Positions 21,702 to 30,956 of a DNA stretch of 64,000 nucleotides are shown here, piece by piece. The stretch covers positions 25,356-89,355 of the forward strand of contig HF986083.1 in NCBI GenBank assembly GCA_000431015.1, given 5' to 3'. The position numbers and the translations under genes were made by a program. A model generated the notes under the pieces. That model saw only the letters and a list, made by a program, of their open reading frames with translations, was not told the DNA's origin and made no database searches. The DNA is from Alistipes sp. CAG:514. GTDB lineage: Bacteria; Bacteroidota; Bacteroidia; Bacteroidales; UBA932. Numbering within the stretch: the stretch's first letter is position 1; each line of letters begins with the position of its first letter.

Positions 21702-23282
21702 TTAGTTGAGCTTTACGATAGCACAGTCATCACATGACACTTCAACCTCGATCCGTTTTTCCGGGTCGAGGTTTTTTATGCAAAGATATCCGACCGCCTC
21801 ACGCGGGATGAGGATGGACACCCGTTCCCGTTGCCGGCATTGCGGCAAGTCCAGTGGCCGGGAGGCTTCCTGCCGAAGCGCCGCGTCACGGGAAAAGTCA
21901 CAGACGAAAAGCCATACCTCACCGCCGCCGGAGCGCAGGAAGGCGAAATGCCTGTCAGGGTCGAATCCCGGCGAATCCTGGTTGCAGTAGCAAAGATCGA
22001 ATGTCCTGCCGGAAGCTACCGCCGGAACCGACGAAGCCATATTCAAAAAGCCTCGCCACTTTTCCAGAAGCGCCGTCTCAGGTGGCGTAAGTCCCTCTTT
22101 TTTATGAATATACCTGATCAACCTGCCGATTGAAGGTATCGTCCACCAGTCGAATATGCTCGTCCTTCCGTCCCTTCCGCTGAAGCCTTCGGCATCCATT
22201 CCACGCTCGCCGATCTCCTCGCCGAAGTAGACCATGAACGGAGCAGTGTTGAGGAATAGGCCGGCTCCGAGCGCCGCGAAAGTCCTTCCCGCTTCCCGCC
22301 CGAAGAAATCGGACGCGAAACGCTGCTCGTCATGATTCTCCAGAAAGTTCAGCATCCGAGGCTGCAAATCACCGAGGAACTGCCAGTTATAGGTCAGGCT
22401 TCTTGCCGTGCCGTGACCTTCCACAACCGACCTTACCGCATCATAGTACCCGGACTTGTCGTAGAGGAAGTCAAAGCCCACCTCGTGGATGTACTTGGCG
22501 TACAAGTCCTTATTATAAACCTCGGCGATGAACATTACGTTGCCGTACTCGGCCTTGATCAGGCCGATCAGCCATTTGAAGAACTGCCATGGAACCATCT
22601 CGACCATGTCGCAGCGGAACCCGTCCACACCTTTGCCGCACCAGTAGCGCACGATCTCGTACATCCTGTCCCACGTCCGTGTGTGGAAATCACAATAGTT
22701 CAGCCTGATGGTCTCGTACCAGTCATTCACGGAAGGGGAGGGCGAGAAGCAGTTGCCCGATGCCTTCGCCGGATTCTCATAGTAGGTCTGTCCCGCGAAA
22801 GGAAGAGCGAGAGGCTGACCGGGATAGTAGTAGAAATCATTCTCCGGCCTCCAGTGGACTGTCGGATCATCGTCCGCCCCGAGAGGAGCCACGTCCGGAC
22901 GGACCAGGCCGACCTTGCCATAGTCACGGGAGACGTGATTCGGCACGAAGTCGATGACGGCCTTGAGTCCGGCAGCGTGCGTGCGCTTCAATAAAGCCTC
23001 GAACTCATCCATCCTCTCATTCGGAGTGTCAGCAAGATACGGATTCACGTCATAGTAGTCCGTGATGGCGTAGGGAGAGCCGGCGGCACCTTTCACGATC
23101 TGACTGTCGGAGGCCGGACAACCCTCCGCGGAGACTGTCGTGGCGTGCCTGATGACACCTGTGTACCAGACGTGACTCACGCCAAGGGACTTGTAGTAAT
23201 CCAGCGTCATCGGATCGAACTCCGAGAACTTGCCTTTTCCCCACAACCTGGGAAGGACCTGATAAACAATCATCTTGCCCAT
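21702..23282 (-). CDS. Alpha-amylase family glycoside hydrolase (GH13), cytoplasmic
   Basis: GH13 region I DFVPNHVS and region II GFRCDMVEMV; no signal peptide. Lies 2 nt downstream of the PEP/pyruvate-binding gene. Confidence 0.85.
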   Translation of the reverse strand: MGKMIVYQVLPRLWGKGKFSEFDPMTLDYYKSLGVSHVWYTGVIRHATTVSAEGCPASDSQIVKGAAGSPYAITDYYDVNPYLADTPNERMDEFEALLKRTHAAGLKAVIDFVPNHVSRDYGKVGLVRPDVAPLGADDDPTVHWRPENDFYYYPGQPLALPFAGQTYYENPAKASGNCFSPSPSVNDWYETIRLNYCDFHTRTWDRMYEIVRYWCGKGVDGFRCDMVEMVPWQFFKWLIGLIKAEYGNVMFIAEVYNKDLYAKYIHEVGFDFLYDKSGYYDAVRSVVEGHGTARSLTYNWQFLGDLQPRMLNFLENHDEQRFASDFFGREAGRTFAALGAGLFLNTAPFMVYFGEEIGERGMDAEGFSGRDGRTSIFDWWTIPSIGRLIRYIHKKEGLTPPETALLEKWRGFLNMASSVPAVASGRTFDLCYCNQDSPGFDPDRHFAFLRSGGGEVWLFVCDFSRDAALRQEASRPLDLPQCRQRERVSILIPREAVGYLCIKNLDPEKRIEVEVSCDDCAIVKLN

Positions 23283-23284
23283 TG

Positions 23285-26212
23285 TCAGAAACCGATCAAA
23301 GCCTTGCCTTTGTTACGGTCGATGAAACCGGTCAGCCCATCGACTTTGAACACCTTGACGAATTGTCCGTCATGCACGCATTCCAAGCGCCCAAGCGCCT
23401 CGAAATCAATCATTCCCGAGCCGGCGTACTGATCCACGGAAAGGTAGCCCACGCCCAGCGAGGTTATGTTCTGGAAGAAATGCGTTCCCTGGCTCGGATC
23501 TATCCTGAACCCGTCGATTCCATATTCCACAACCATCCTCGCCGCCGAGATGTCTGTCCATGCGACAGGCACGCCAAGGGTCGGGATCGAGGATCCCCAG
23601 CGGCCCGGGCCGACAAGGAAGTACGTCTGGCCGTCGGCAATCATCCCGGAGTTGATCGCGGAGACCTCCTCCGCCATCAGCGCGGTCTTCATCTTGTCAA
23701 AGGATTCCGGCATGATGACCACTATCCTGGACGATTCCGTGAAGTAGCCGTTACCCAGGGCGCTGTCGCTGCGTATCAGCTTGTTGGCGATGGAGGATTC
23801 CGCATCCTCGATCGAGGATGTCTGCGAGCCGGTACCGCTTGACACCGGACGCACCTGAAGCAGTTTGAGATCAGCCTCCCGTCCGGCGGAGGAAGGATCC
23901 GGGTCAAGTGCGAACTCTATCTCGACCTCGCTCATCAGCTCGTTCCTGCAGATCGACATGACCTCCGACAGCGCTTTCGCAAGCGGCAGCCTGTCATACT
24001 GGAATATTCCGTCAAAGGAGATCACCCGCGCCCCCCGGATCCCGATTCCCGGCACCATCCTGTCATCCAGAGCGTCATAGGTGGAGGCCACCAGCTCAGG
24101 ATGGTCGTAGGAGTCCAAGGCCTCCGCGACAGGAATCCGCCTCAGGTTCACGCCGTCATTCCTGGAGATCTTGAACGCTGCCGGACTCATATCCAGCACG
24201 AACATCTCGTTCTGGGTGTCACGCTGTGAAAGCCGCGGATTGGACAGCTGGAGTATCTTCTTGGGATGCAAAGGATCCACCCTCAGGGATCTGCCGCCGT
24301 CAACCACTGTCCTGCCAAGGCCGAAAGCCACGTTCAGAACCCCGTCGGAAGCCTTTTCCGCCCCGATAGGGTAGGAGTTGAGGGATCTTCCAACACCGGA
24401 CATCATCGGATAGAAATCATTCCCGTGCGCCGTGCCGCAGATAGTCTGGACGATCACGGCCATCTTCTCCTCGCCGAGCAGGTTGCCGCTGGCCTGGATG
24501 TAATTCCTGCTTCCCCTGAAATAAGTGGACGCATAGACGCTTTTTACAGCCTTTCCCAACTCGCGGAGCATCCTGTCCTTGTTCTCGACAGGTGGACACA
24601 TGTAGGTCGTGTAGACACCGGCGAAAGGCTGATAGTTGCTGTCCTCCAGCTTGGAGCTTGAACGCACCGCCAGCGGCCCGTCCACCGTCGCCAGAAAGGC
24701 CTTGAGGTTCTGCGCCAGCTCCTCCGGAAGCGTCGATGCCACGAACTCGGAAAGGATCTCGTCGTCAGACAGCTCCGAGTCGATCACATACTGTAGTCCG
24801 TTGCCGAGGATGAACTTGTCGAACCAGTCCGTGGTAAGCACAATCGTGCGCGGGATGGAGATCCTCAGTCCTTCGTATTTGTCTGTCAGTGAATATTTCT
24901 GGATCAGGTGGTTAAGAAACGCCAGACCTCTGGCCTTGCCGCCCAGCGAGCCGTCACCGACACGTGAGAACCAGAAATAGTCCTCGTAGGAGTCCTTGTG
25001 GAACTCGGTGATGATGCCCTGGCCGATGCTCCTGTGATAGCGGCGGATATTGTCCAGCAAGAAACTCCTGAACTCGGATGCGTCGGTGTGATGCTCGGCC
25101 CGGAAAGTCTCCGCAAGATTGAACAAACCTCTGGCGTAGAGCCATTTGGAGAACATGTTCCTGGATGTGTTGCTGACCAGCACCTTATCCGGAATGTCAT
25201 TGATGATCCTCTCCAGCTGCGAAAGGCTCGCGGCCCTGCCGCACTCCACACCGCCTGCGTCCCTGAACACAAAGTCACCGAAACCGAACTCTTCCCTCAT
25301 GTAGTCGCCGAGCTGAAGGAAGAGCGTGCTTGAATATTTCTTAAGAAATCCCACGCCAAGTTCCTCCGCCACCTTGGCAAGGCCGCCTTGCGAGGATTGG
25401 AGAAGGACTGGCATCAGGGGATCATATTCACGGATGACCTTGACAAGGTCAATGCCGGCGTCAAGTTTCTCGGTCTTTGGATCATCGCCCTTATGGACGA
25501 CCATCCCGACATCGGAGATGACACCCAGCAGGTTGCGCCCGTATTTCTTGAAGTAGGCGAGTGCCTCCTCAAGGCAGGTGGCAAGGAATATCTTCGGTCT
25601 CGACCTCTTGCGGTACTTCTTCTGGTCCTCATTGAGGGATTCCTTGAGGAACTCGCGGCTCTGGGTGAGCACAATCTTGTAGAGTTCGGGAAGATAGTTC
25701 GAGTAGTAGCGGATCGAGTCCTCCACCAGAAGAATGCCCTTGACGCCTACCTCGAACACGTCGTTGTCAGCGTTCGCCGCATCCTCAAGCAATTTGACGA
25801 TCGCAAGGATAAGATCGGCGTTGCCGTGCCAGCTGAACACGAAGTCCACGCCCGGACGAGGCGACTCCAACACCCTCTGCCTCACCGCCTTGGAGTAATG
25901 GATCAGGAGAACGAACGGGATGCCCCTACCTTCTTCCTTAAGCTCGGACGCAAACGGGAATATTCCTTTGTCCTGCTCGTTGAACATGCAGATGATCATG
26001 TCCACCTCCGTCTCGGAGCTTACGATCTCCCTTGCCTGTTGTGATGAGTTCGCCCAGATGAATTTAGGCGGATTGCTCAGATTCAGCTCGCGGTACTCGC
26101 TTCTGACCTGATTCTCAATTCGTCCGTCCTCTTCCAAGGCAAAAGCGTCGTAGTTGCTGCAGATCATCAGGATCTTCCTGATCCTGGAGCGCATCAAGGA
26201 TTCTTCGTTCAT
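23285..26212 (-). CDS. PEP/pyruvate-binding (PPDK_N, dikinase-like) protein with two N-terminal response-regulator receiver-like domains
   Basis: 975 aa. N-terminal ILMICSN... pseudo-receiver. Second receiver-like domain GILLVEDS...LGVISD...PVLLQSSQ. Central PPDK_N nucleotide-binding domain (FSRVGDGSLGGKARGLAFL). The C-terminal region aligns to the PEP-utilising mobile domain, but GGRTSHAA is replaced by GPGRWGSS. Confidence 0.7.
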   Translation of the reverse strand: MNEESLMRSRIRKILMICSNYDAFALEEDGRIENQVRSEYRELNLSNPPKFIWANSSQQAREIVSSETEVDMIICMFNEQDKGIFPFASELKEEGRGIPFVLLIHYSKAVRQRVLESPRPGVDFVFSWHGNADLILAIVKLLEDAANADNDVFEVGVKGILLVEDSIRYYSNYLPELYKIVLTQSREFLKESLNEDQKKYRKRSRPKIFLATCLEEALAYFKKYGRNLLGVISDVGMVVHKGDDPKTEKLDAGIDLVKVIREYDPLMPVLLQSSQGGLAKVAEELGVGFLKKYSSTLFLQLGDYMREEFGFGDFVFRDAGGVECGRAASLSQLERIINDIPDKVLVSNTSRNMFSKWLYARGLFNLAETFRAEHHTDASEFRSFLLDNIRRYHRSIGQGIITEFHKDSYEDYFWFSRVGDGSLGGKARGLAFLNHLIQKYSLTDKYEGLRISIPRTIVLTTDWFDKFILGNGLQYVIDSELSDDEILSEFVASTLPEELAQNLKAFLATVDGPLAVRSSSKLEDSNYQPFAGVYTTYMCPPVENKDRMLRELGKAVKSVYASTYFRGSRNYIQASGNLLGEEKMAVIVQTICGTAHGNDFYPMMSGVGRSLNSYPIGAEKASDGVLNVAFGLGRTVVDGGRSLRVDPLHPKKILQLSNPRLSQRDTQNEMFVLDMSPAAFKISRNDGVNLRRIPVAEALDSYDHPELVASTYDALDDRMVPGIGIRGARVISFDGIFQYDRLPLAKALSEVMSICRNELMSEVEIEFALDPDPSSAGREADLKLLQVRPVSSGTGSQTSSIEDAESSIANKLIRSDSALGNGYFTESSRIVVIMPESFDKMKTALMAEEVSAINSGMIADGQTYFLVGPGRWGSSIPTLGVPVAWTDISAARMVVEYGIDGFRIDPSQGTHFFQNITSLGVGYLSVDQYAGSGMIDFEALGRLECVHDGQFVKVFKVDGLTGFIDRNKGKALIGF

Positions 26213-26312
26213 TCGCTTCGTTGTTTTAAGGAACGCAAATTACGAAAAATCTCCGGAATATTCTTGTGTCTGCCTTAAGATTCCGCTCCCGAAAAGGCCT
26301 GAAAGGCGGGAA

Positions 26313-27062
26313 TCATCCCCTGCGGCGGAATTCTGCGACGGTCACCGCTGTCGCGACAGCGGCGTTCAAGGACTCTGAGCCCCTCTCGTCACGCGGCCAC
26401 GGAGGAATGAACAGCCGGTCGGTCACCAGTCCGCCCACCTCGTCGGAGATACCGTTCGACTCGTTGCCTATCACGATGACGGACGCTGATGCAGCTCCCG
26501 TTGCCAACTCCTTGACGTACAGATCCTCGCCATTGAGAAATGTGCCATAGACATGCCCTCCGGCGGACGCGGCGGCCCTGCACAGATCCGGAATGTCGCA
26601 ATAATGGAACCGGACTCTGAATATGGCGCCCATCGTGGACTGCACAACCTTGGGATTGAATATGTCAACGGTGTCGGGGGAGGCGTAGACCGCATCGATT
26701 CCGAACCAGTCGGCGATGCGGATGATCGTCCCGAGATTGCCCGGATCCCTGATGCCGTCAAGGGCAAGGAATAGCCCCTTGGAAGGAAGCGAATCCTCCG
26801 CGAACTTATTAATTGTCATGTCATCCGGCTTCTTGACCAAGGCCAGGGCCGGGGAAGGGGATGAGAGCAGGCTCATCCTCTCCATCGCAGTGTCACCTAT
26901 CTCCTCAGAGCGGTAGATTCTCCTGACCTCAAAAGATGAGCGGACAGCCTCCTCGACCATCTTCTCGCCCTCCACCACAAAAAGATCATTCTCGTCCCGG
27001 AACTTTTTATGGCTAAGGGACTTGACAAACTTTATCTCATTATTTGAGACAGGTGACCGCAT
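26313..27062 (-). CDS. TrmH/SpoU family RNA 2'-O-methyltransferase
   Basis: SpoU methylase motifs LFLALDGIRDPGNLGTIIRIADWFGIDAVY and IGNESNGIS; 249 aa. Confidence 0.85.
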   Translation of the reverse strand: MRSPVSNNEIKFVKSLSHKKFRDENDLFVVEGEKMVEEAVRSSFEVRRIYRSEEIGDTAMERMSLLSSPSPALALVKKPDDMTINKFAEDSLPSKGLFLALDGIRDPGNLGTIIRIADWFGIDAVYASPDTVDIFNPKVVQSTMGAIFRVRFHYCDIPDLCRAAASAGGHVYGTFLNGEDLYVKELATGAASASVIVIGNESNGISDEVGGLVTDRLFIPPWPRDERGSESLNAAVATAVTVAEFRRRG

Positions 27063-27065
27063 GGC

Positions 27066-28460
27066 CTAGAATCCGAGAATCTTAAGCATCGAGTCAGAGC
27101 TCTGCTCAGGAGCGAAGACCCTTGTCGCGATCTTGCCGTCCTTGTCCTTGTCGATCAGGATGTGCTTAGGTGAAGGCTGAAGGCAGTGCTTCACTCCGCC
27201 GTAGCCGGATATGGCCTCCTGATAGGCTCCCGTGTGGAAGAAGCCGATGTAAAGCGGATCCCTTCTGTTCTTCATCACAGGGAGGAAAATCGCGTTGGAG
27301 TGCGCCTCGGAGTTGTAGAAGTCCTTGCTGTCACAGGTAAGCCCGCCGATGAACACCCTATGATATTCCTCATTCCATTTGTTGATAGGGAAGAGGATGA
27401 ACCTCTGATGAAGTCCCCAGGTGTCCGGAAGGCTCGTCATGAAGGAATTGTCGATCATGTACCAGCACTCGCGGTCATTCTGCTGCTTGACATCCAGGAC
27501 TTTGAATATGGTCGCGCCGCTCTCGCCGACGGTGAAGTTGCCGAACTCCGTGTAGATGTCCGGAACCTGCACGCCGTGAGCGTCGCACACGGACTTGATC
27601 TGGTACACGATCTCCTCGATCATATATTTGTAGTCATAATCGACTGCCAATGAAGTCTTTATAGGAAGGCCTCCTCCGATATTCAAAGAATCAAGGTCCG
27701 GACATATCTGCTTGAGGTCGCAGTAGAGGTTCAGGCAGCGCGCCAGTTCGTTCCAGTAGTAGGAGGTGTCCCTGATGCCGGTGTTGATGAAGAAGTGGAG
27801 CATCTTCAGCTTGAACTTAGGATTCTTGCTGATGCCGTTGCGGTAGAACGGAATGATGTCCGAGTACCTTATTCCCAGACGGGAAGTGTAGAAGTCGAAT
27901 GAAGGCTCCTCCTCCGAGGCGATGCGTATGCCAAGCTGCGTCGGCACGTCGATCAGGTCGTCAAGATCCTCCAGCTCGTTCTTGTTGTCCAGCACAGGGA
28001 TGATGTTGTGCCAGCCCTCGTTGAGCATGTTAGCGATGTTCTGGACGTACTGCGGCCTCTTGAAACCGTTGCATATGATGATCAAGTTCTTGTCCACCAA
28101 CTTGTCCGACTCCAGTTTGCGGATCAGGTCAAGATCGTAGGCGGACGATGTCTCAAGATGCACGTCGCTCTTGAGAGCCTGCTCGATGACAAACTTGAAC
28201 TGGGAACTCTTGGTGCAGTAGCAGTAGTGATGGTCACCTTCGTAGCTGACCTTCGACATGGCGTTGCGGAACATTCTCTTGGCCCTCTGGATCTGTGAGG
28301 TGATCTTCGGAAGATAGGTGAGTTTCAACGGTGTACCATGCTCCTTGATGATTTCCATCATGTCAATGTCATTGACGAAAAGGTTGCCGTCATCAACCCT
28401 GAACTCGTCCTGAGGAAAATCAAAAGTCTGATCGACAAGATCAATGTACTTGTTCTTCAT
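27066..28460 (-). CDS. Arginine decarboxylase-like PLP enzyme (SpeA family, short divergent form)
   Basis: SpeA-like N-terminal region (PLKLTYLPKITSQIQRAKRMFRNAM...YCYCTKSSQ with candidate PLP lysine). Also LNIGGGLPI, LTCDSKD and C-terminal GAYQEAISG. Only 464 aa, and HFHLGSQ is replaced by HFFINTG. Confidence 0.6.
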   Translation of the reverse strand: MKNKYIDLVDQTFDFPQDEFRVDDGNLFVNDIDMMEIIKEHGTPLKLTYLPKITSQIQRAKRMFRNAMSKVSYEGDHHYCYCTKSSQFKFVIEQALKSDVHLETSSAYDLDLIRKLESDKLVDKNLIIICNGFKRPQYVQNIANMLNEGWHNIIPVLDNKNELEDLDDLIDVPTQLGIRIASEEEPSFDFYTSRLGIRYSDIIPFYRNGISKNPKFKLKMLHFFINTGIRDTSYYWNELARCLNLYCDLKQICPDLDSLNIGGGLPIKTSLAVDYDYKYMIEEIVYQIKSVCDAHGVQVPDIYTEFGNFTVGESGATIFKVLDVKQQNDRECWYMIDNSFMTSLPDTWGLHQRFILFPINKWNEEYHRVFIGGLTCDSKDFYNSEAHSNAIFLPVMKNRRDPLYIGFFHTGAYQEAISGYGGVKHCLQPSPKHILIDKDKDGKIATRVFAPEQSSDSMLKILGF

Positions 28461-28531
28461 TCTAAAAACAACTGTAACCTAAATGTTCGACATAAATAAT
28501 GTATCCGTCGGCAAAAACAGATACGGGGGTG

Positions 28532-28539
28532 CAAATATA
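28532..28539 (-). promoter_or_regulatory. -7 box TATATTTG upstream of the speA-like/trmH genes
   Basis: Exact TAnnTTTG match 72 nt upstream of the start. Confidence 0.35.
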
Positions 28540-28609
28540 GGTACGAAAAATCATTTTTTTACCTCATATATGAAGAAAAAGTCAGAAAGGCTTGCTATTT
28601 TTGTAGAAT

Positions 28610-30823
28610 ATGAGGAAAAAACCTTCGTTTTGTCTCTTCGCGGCCACGGTTATGGCCACCACCGTCCTCAGTTTCTCGTGCAGCACCACACGGGTTCTCG
28701 GGGACGGGCAGTTCCGTCTTGCCGACAACAAGGTCGTTGTGGACAATGACAGGAAATTCAACACGAAAGAGATCGAATCCTACATCAAGCAAAAGCCCAA
28801 TTCCTACATAATCTTCGGCTGGAACCCTTTCCTGAACATCTACAACTGGTCCGGAAAGAACGCCGACAAGGGGATCAACAAGTTCCTGAGGAAGATAGGC
28901 ACCGCCCCGGTGGTCTACCAGCCATCGCAGGTGGAAGCGTCCGTGGAGAACATCAACAGGCATCTTGAGTACCTCGGCTACTATGGCTCGGATGTACGGA
29001 GCGAGGTGAGAGTCAATGGTAAAAGAGTGACGGTAACCTATTCAGTGACACTTGGCAGACGCTACAGGATAGGCAACGTCTCCTTCGCCGTCCCCGATGG
29101 CGAGTTCAAGGAGGACTTCTATGCCGACACCGCCGCGGTCTCCATCAGACCAGGAGACTTTCTTTCGGAGGACGCGCTTGAGAAAGAAACCGAGCGCGCC
29201 GCGTCCATGTTCCGCCGCAAGGGCTACTTCGGCTTCACGAAGAACTACTTCTCATTCGAGGCGGACACCCTCGCGCGCAGGGACACCGCCGACCTGCTCA
29301 TGACCGTCAAGGAATATACCAGGAACCAGACCGCCGAATATGCCCGCCCACACAGGAAGTACTTCTTCGGCGACGTCTCCATCTCCTACGACAACGATCT
29401 GAAATTCAATGACCGGGTTCTGAAAAACATCTGCACCATCCGTCCGGGCGCCATGTACGACGAGAGGGAAGTGAACACGACATATTCAAGGCTCTCCGCC
29501 CTCAGGCTTTTCAGCGGAGTGAACGTGGCGCTAAATCCCCGCGACTCCGGAATAGTGGACTGCGACATCAGCCTGACGAAATCAAGGATGCAGGGCTTCA
29601 AGGTCAACCTTGAGGGTTCCACCAATTCCACAGGCTTGATCGGCATCTCCCCTCAGGTCTCCTACTACCACAAGAACATATTCCACGGAGGCCAATGGCT
29701 GAATCTTGGATTCCTCGGCAATTTCCAGTTCAAGTACGACGACAGGAGTGTGAAATCCAACGAGTTCGGAGTCTCCGCCGGACTCAGTTTCCCGGAGTTC
29801 CTGGGGCTGCCTAACTCCATTTTCCACGGCCCGTCCGTGCCACGCACCGAAATCAACGCTTCATATAACTACCAGAACCGTCCTGAATATACGAGGAATA
29901 TGATCTCGACATCTTACGGTTATTCTGGATCTCTGCGTAACGGAAAGTTCTTCTATCAGTTCTACCCGATACAGGCCAAGATCGTCAGGCTGACGAATCT
30001 CGACCCGAACTTCTACACGACTCTTTCCGGCAACCCGTTTATGAGGGACGCCTACCAGAACCACTTCGATGTCGGCTCCGGTCTCGTGGCCTACTACACG
30101 ACCAGCACAGCCTTGGTTCCGAAGGAGACCTATGAATATGCCCGTCTGCAACTCGATGCATCCGGCAATGTCCTGAGCCTGTTCAACAAAGCAATGAAAA
30201 GTGATGAATATGGCTCCAGGCTTATCTGGAACACTCCATATTCCCAGTACATCCGCACGGAACTGACGTTGGGCAAGACGTTTGTGTTCGGCAAGAATGG
30301 AGGGCAAGCCTTGGCGATACGCCTTCTCGGAGGTGTCGGCTACGCCTACGGCAACTCATCCACAATTCCGTTCGAGAAACAGTTCTACAGCGGCGGCGCG
30401 AACAGTATGCGTGGCTGGCAGGCCCGTTCCCTTGGCCCGGGCAACTCAAAGGCTGACACGACGTTCGTGATCCCAAGCCAGACCGGTGACGTGAAGTTGG
30501 AAGCCAATCTGGAGTACCGTTTCCCGATGTTCTGGAAGTTGTGCGGTGCCGTCTTCACGGATGTCGGCAACATCTGGACCCTGAAAGAGACCGACGGAGA
30601 CGATGGCTCCCACACCCATTTCGACCTCAAGAACCTCGCCGCCAGCCTTGCCGCCGACTGGGGAATAGGCCTCCGTGTGGACCTTAACTTCCTGATTCTC
30701 CGTCTCGATATGGGTATGAAAGTCTATGACCCGTCCCTCGACACCGCCCGCTGGCGCTCCCCGTCCCAATGGCTAAAGAAAGACGGCTACACCCTCCACT
30801 TCGGTGTCGGGTATCCGTTCTAG
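28610..30823 (+). CDS. Omp85-superfamily outer membrane protein (BamA/TamA-like, surface antigen D15 domain)
   Basis: Signal peptide, POTRA-like repeats, C-terminal beta-barrel ending with an aromatic residue (...LHFGVGYPF); 737 aa. Confidence 0.75.
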   Translation: MRKKPSFCLFAATVMATTVLSFSCSTTRVLGDGQFRLADNKVVVDNDRKFNTKEIESYIKQKPNSYIIFGWNPFLNIYNWSGKNADKGINKFLRKIGTAPVVYQPSQVEASVENINRHLEYLGYYGSDVRSEVRVNGKRVTVTYSVTLGRRYRIGNVSFAVPDGEFKEDFYADTAAVSIRPGDFLSEDALEKETERAASMFRRKGYFGFTKNYFSFEADTLARRDTADLLMTVKEYTRNQTAEYARPHRKYFFGDVSISYDNDLKFNDRVLKNICTIRPGAMYDEREVNTTYSRLSALRLFSGVNVALNPRDSGIVDCDISLTKSRMQGFKVNLEGSTNSTGLIGISPQVSYYHKNIFHGGQWLNLGFLGNFQFKYDDRSVKSNEFGVSAGLSFPEFLGLPNSIFHGPSVPRTEINASYNYQNRPEYTRNMISTSYGYSGSLRNGKFFYQFYPIQAKIVRLTNLDPNFYTTLSGNPFMRDAYQNHFDVGSGLVAYYTTSTALVPKETYEYARLQLDASGNVLSLFNKAMKSDEYGSRLIWNTPYSQYIRTELTLGKTFVFGKNGGQALAIRLLGGVGYAYGNSSTIPFEKQFYSGGANSMRGWQARSLGPGNSKADTTFVIPSQTGDVKLEANLEYRFPMFWKLCGAVFTDVGNIWTLKETDGDDGSHTHFDLKNLAASLAADWGIGLRVDLNFLILRLDMGMKVYDPSLDTARWRSPSQWLKKDGYTLHFGVGYPF

Positions 30824-30860
30824 AACATAAACATCTCTGTTTTGATGAGCAAGACACTCG

Positions 30861-30900
30861 CAATTCCCGAATTTTGCACGTTACCAAAATTCGGGAATTG
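30861..30900. repeat. REP-like palindromic element, copy 1: 15-bp stem, 10-nt loop GCACGTTACC
   Basis: cAATTCCCGAATTTT-GCACGTTACC-AAAATTCGGGAATTg; perfect inverted repeat between convergent genes (Omp85-like and rlmD). Confidence 0.7.
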
Positions 30901-30956
30901 GAGGTCTCCGCTCATTATGAAGGATCTATGTGTTTATAGTCTTCAAATGACAACAC

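Noticed and set aside
28596-28603. TATTTTTG -7 box match immediately upstream of the Omp85-like gene
   Set aside because: It ends only 7 nt before the ATG (28610) of a gene with a clear signal peptide at that start. That is too close to be its promoter unless the transcript is leaderless, so it is not listed as a feature.
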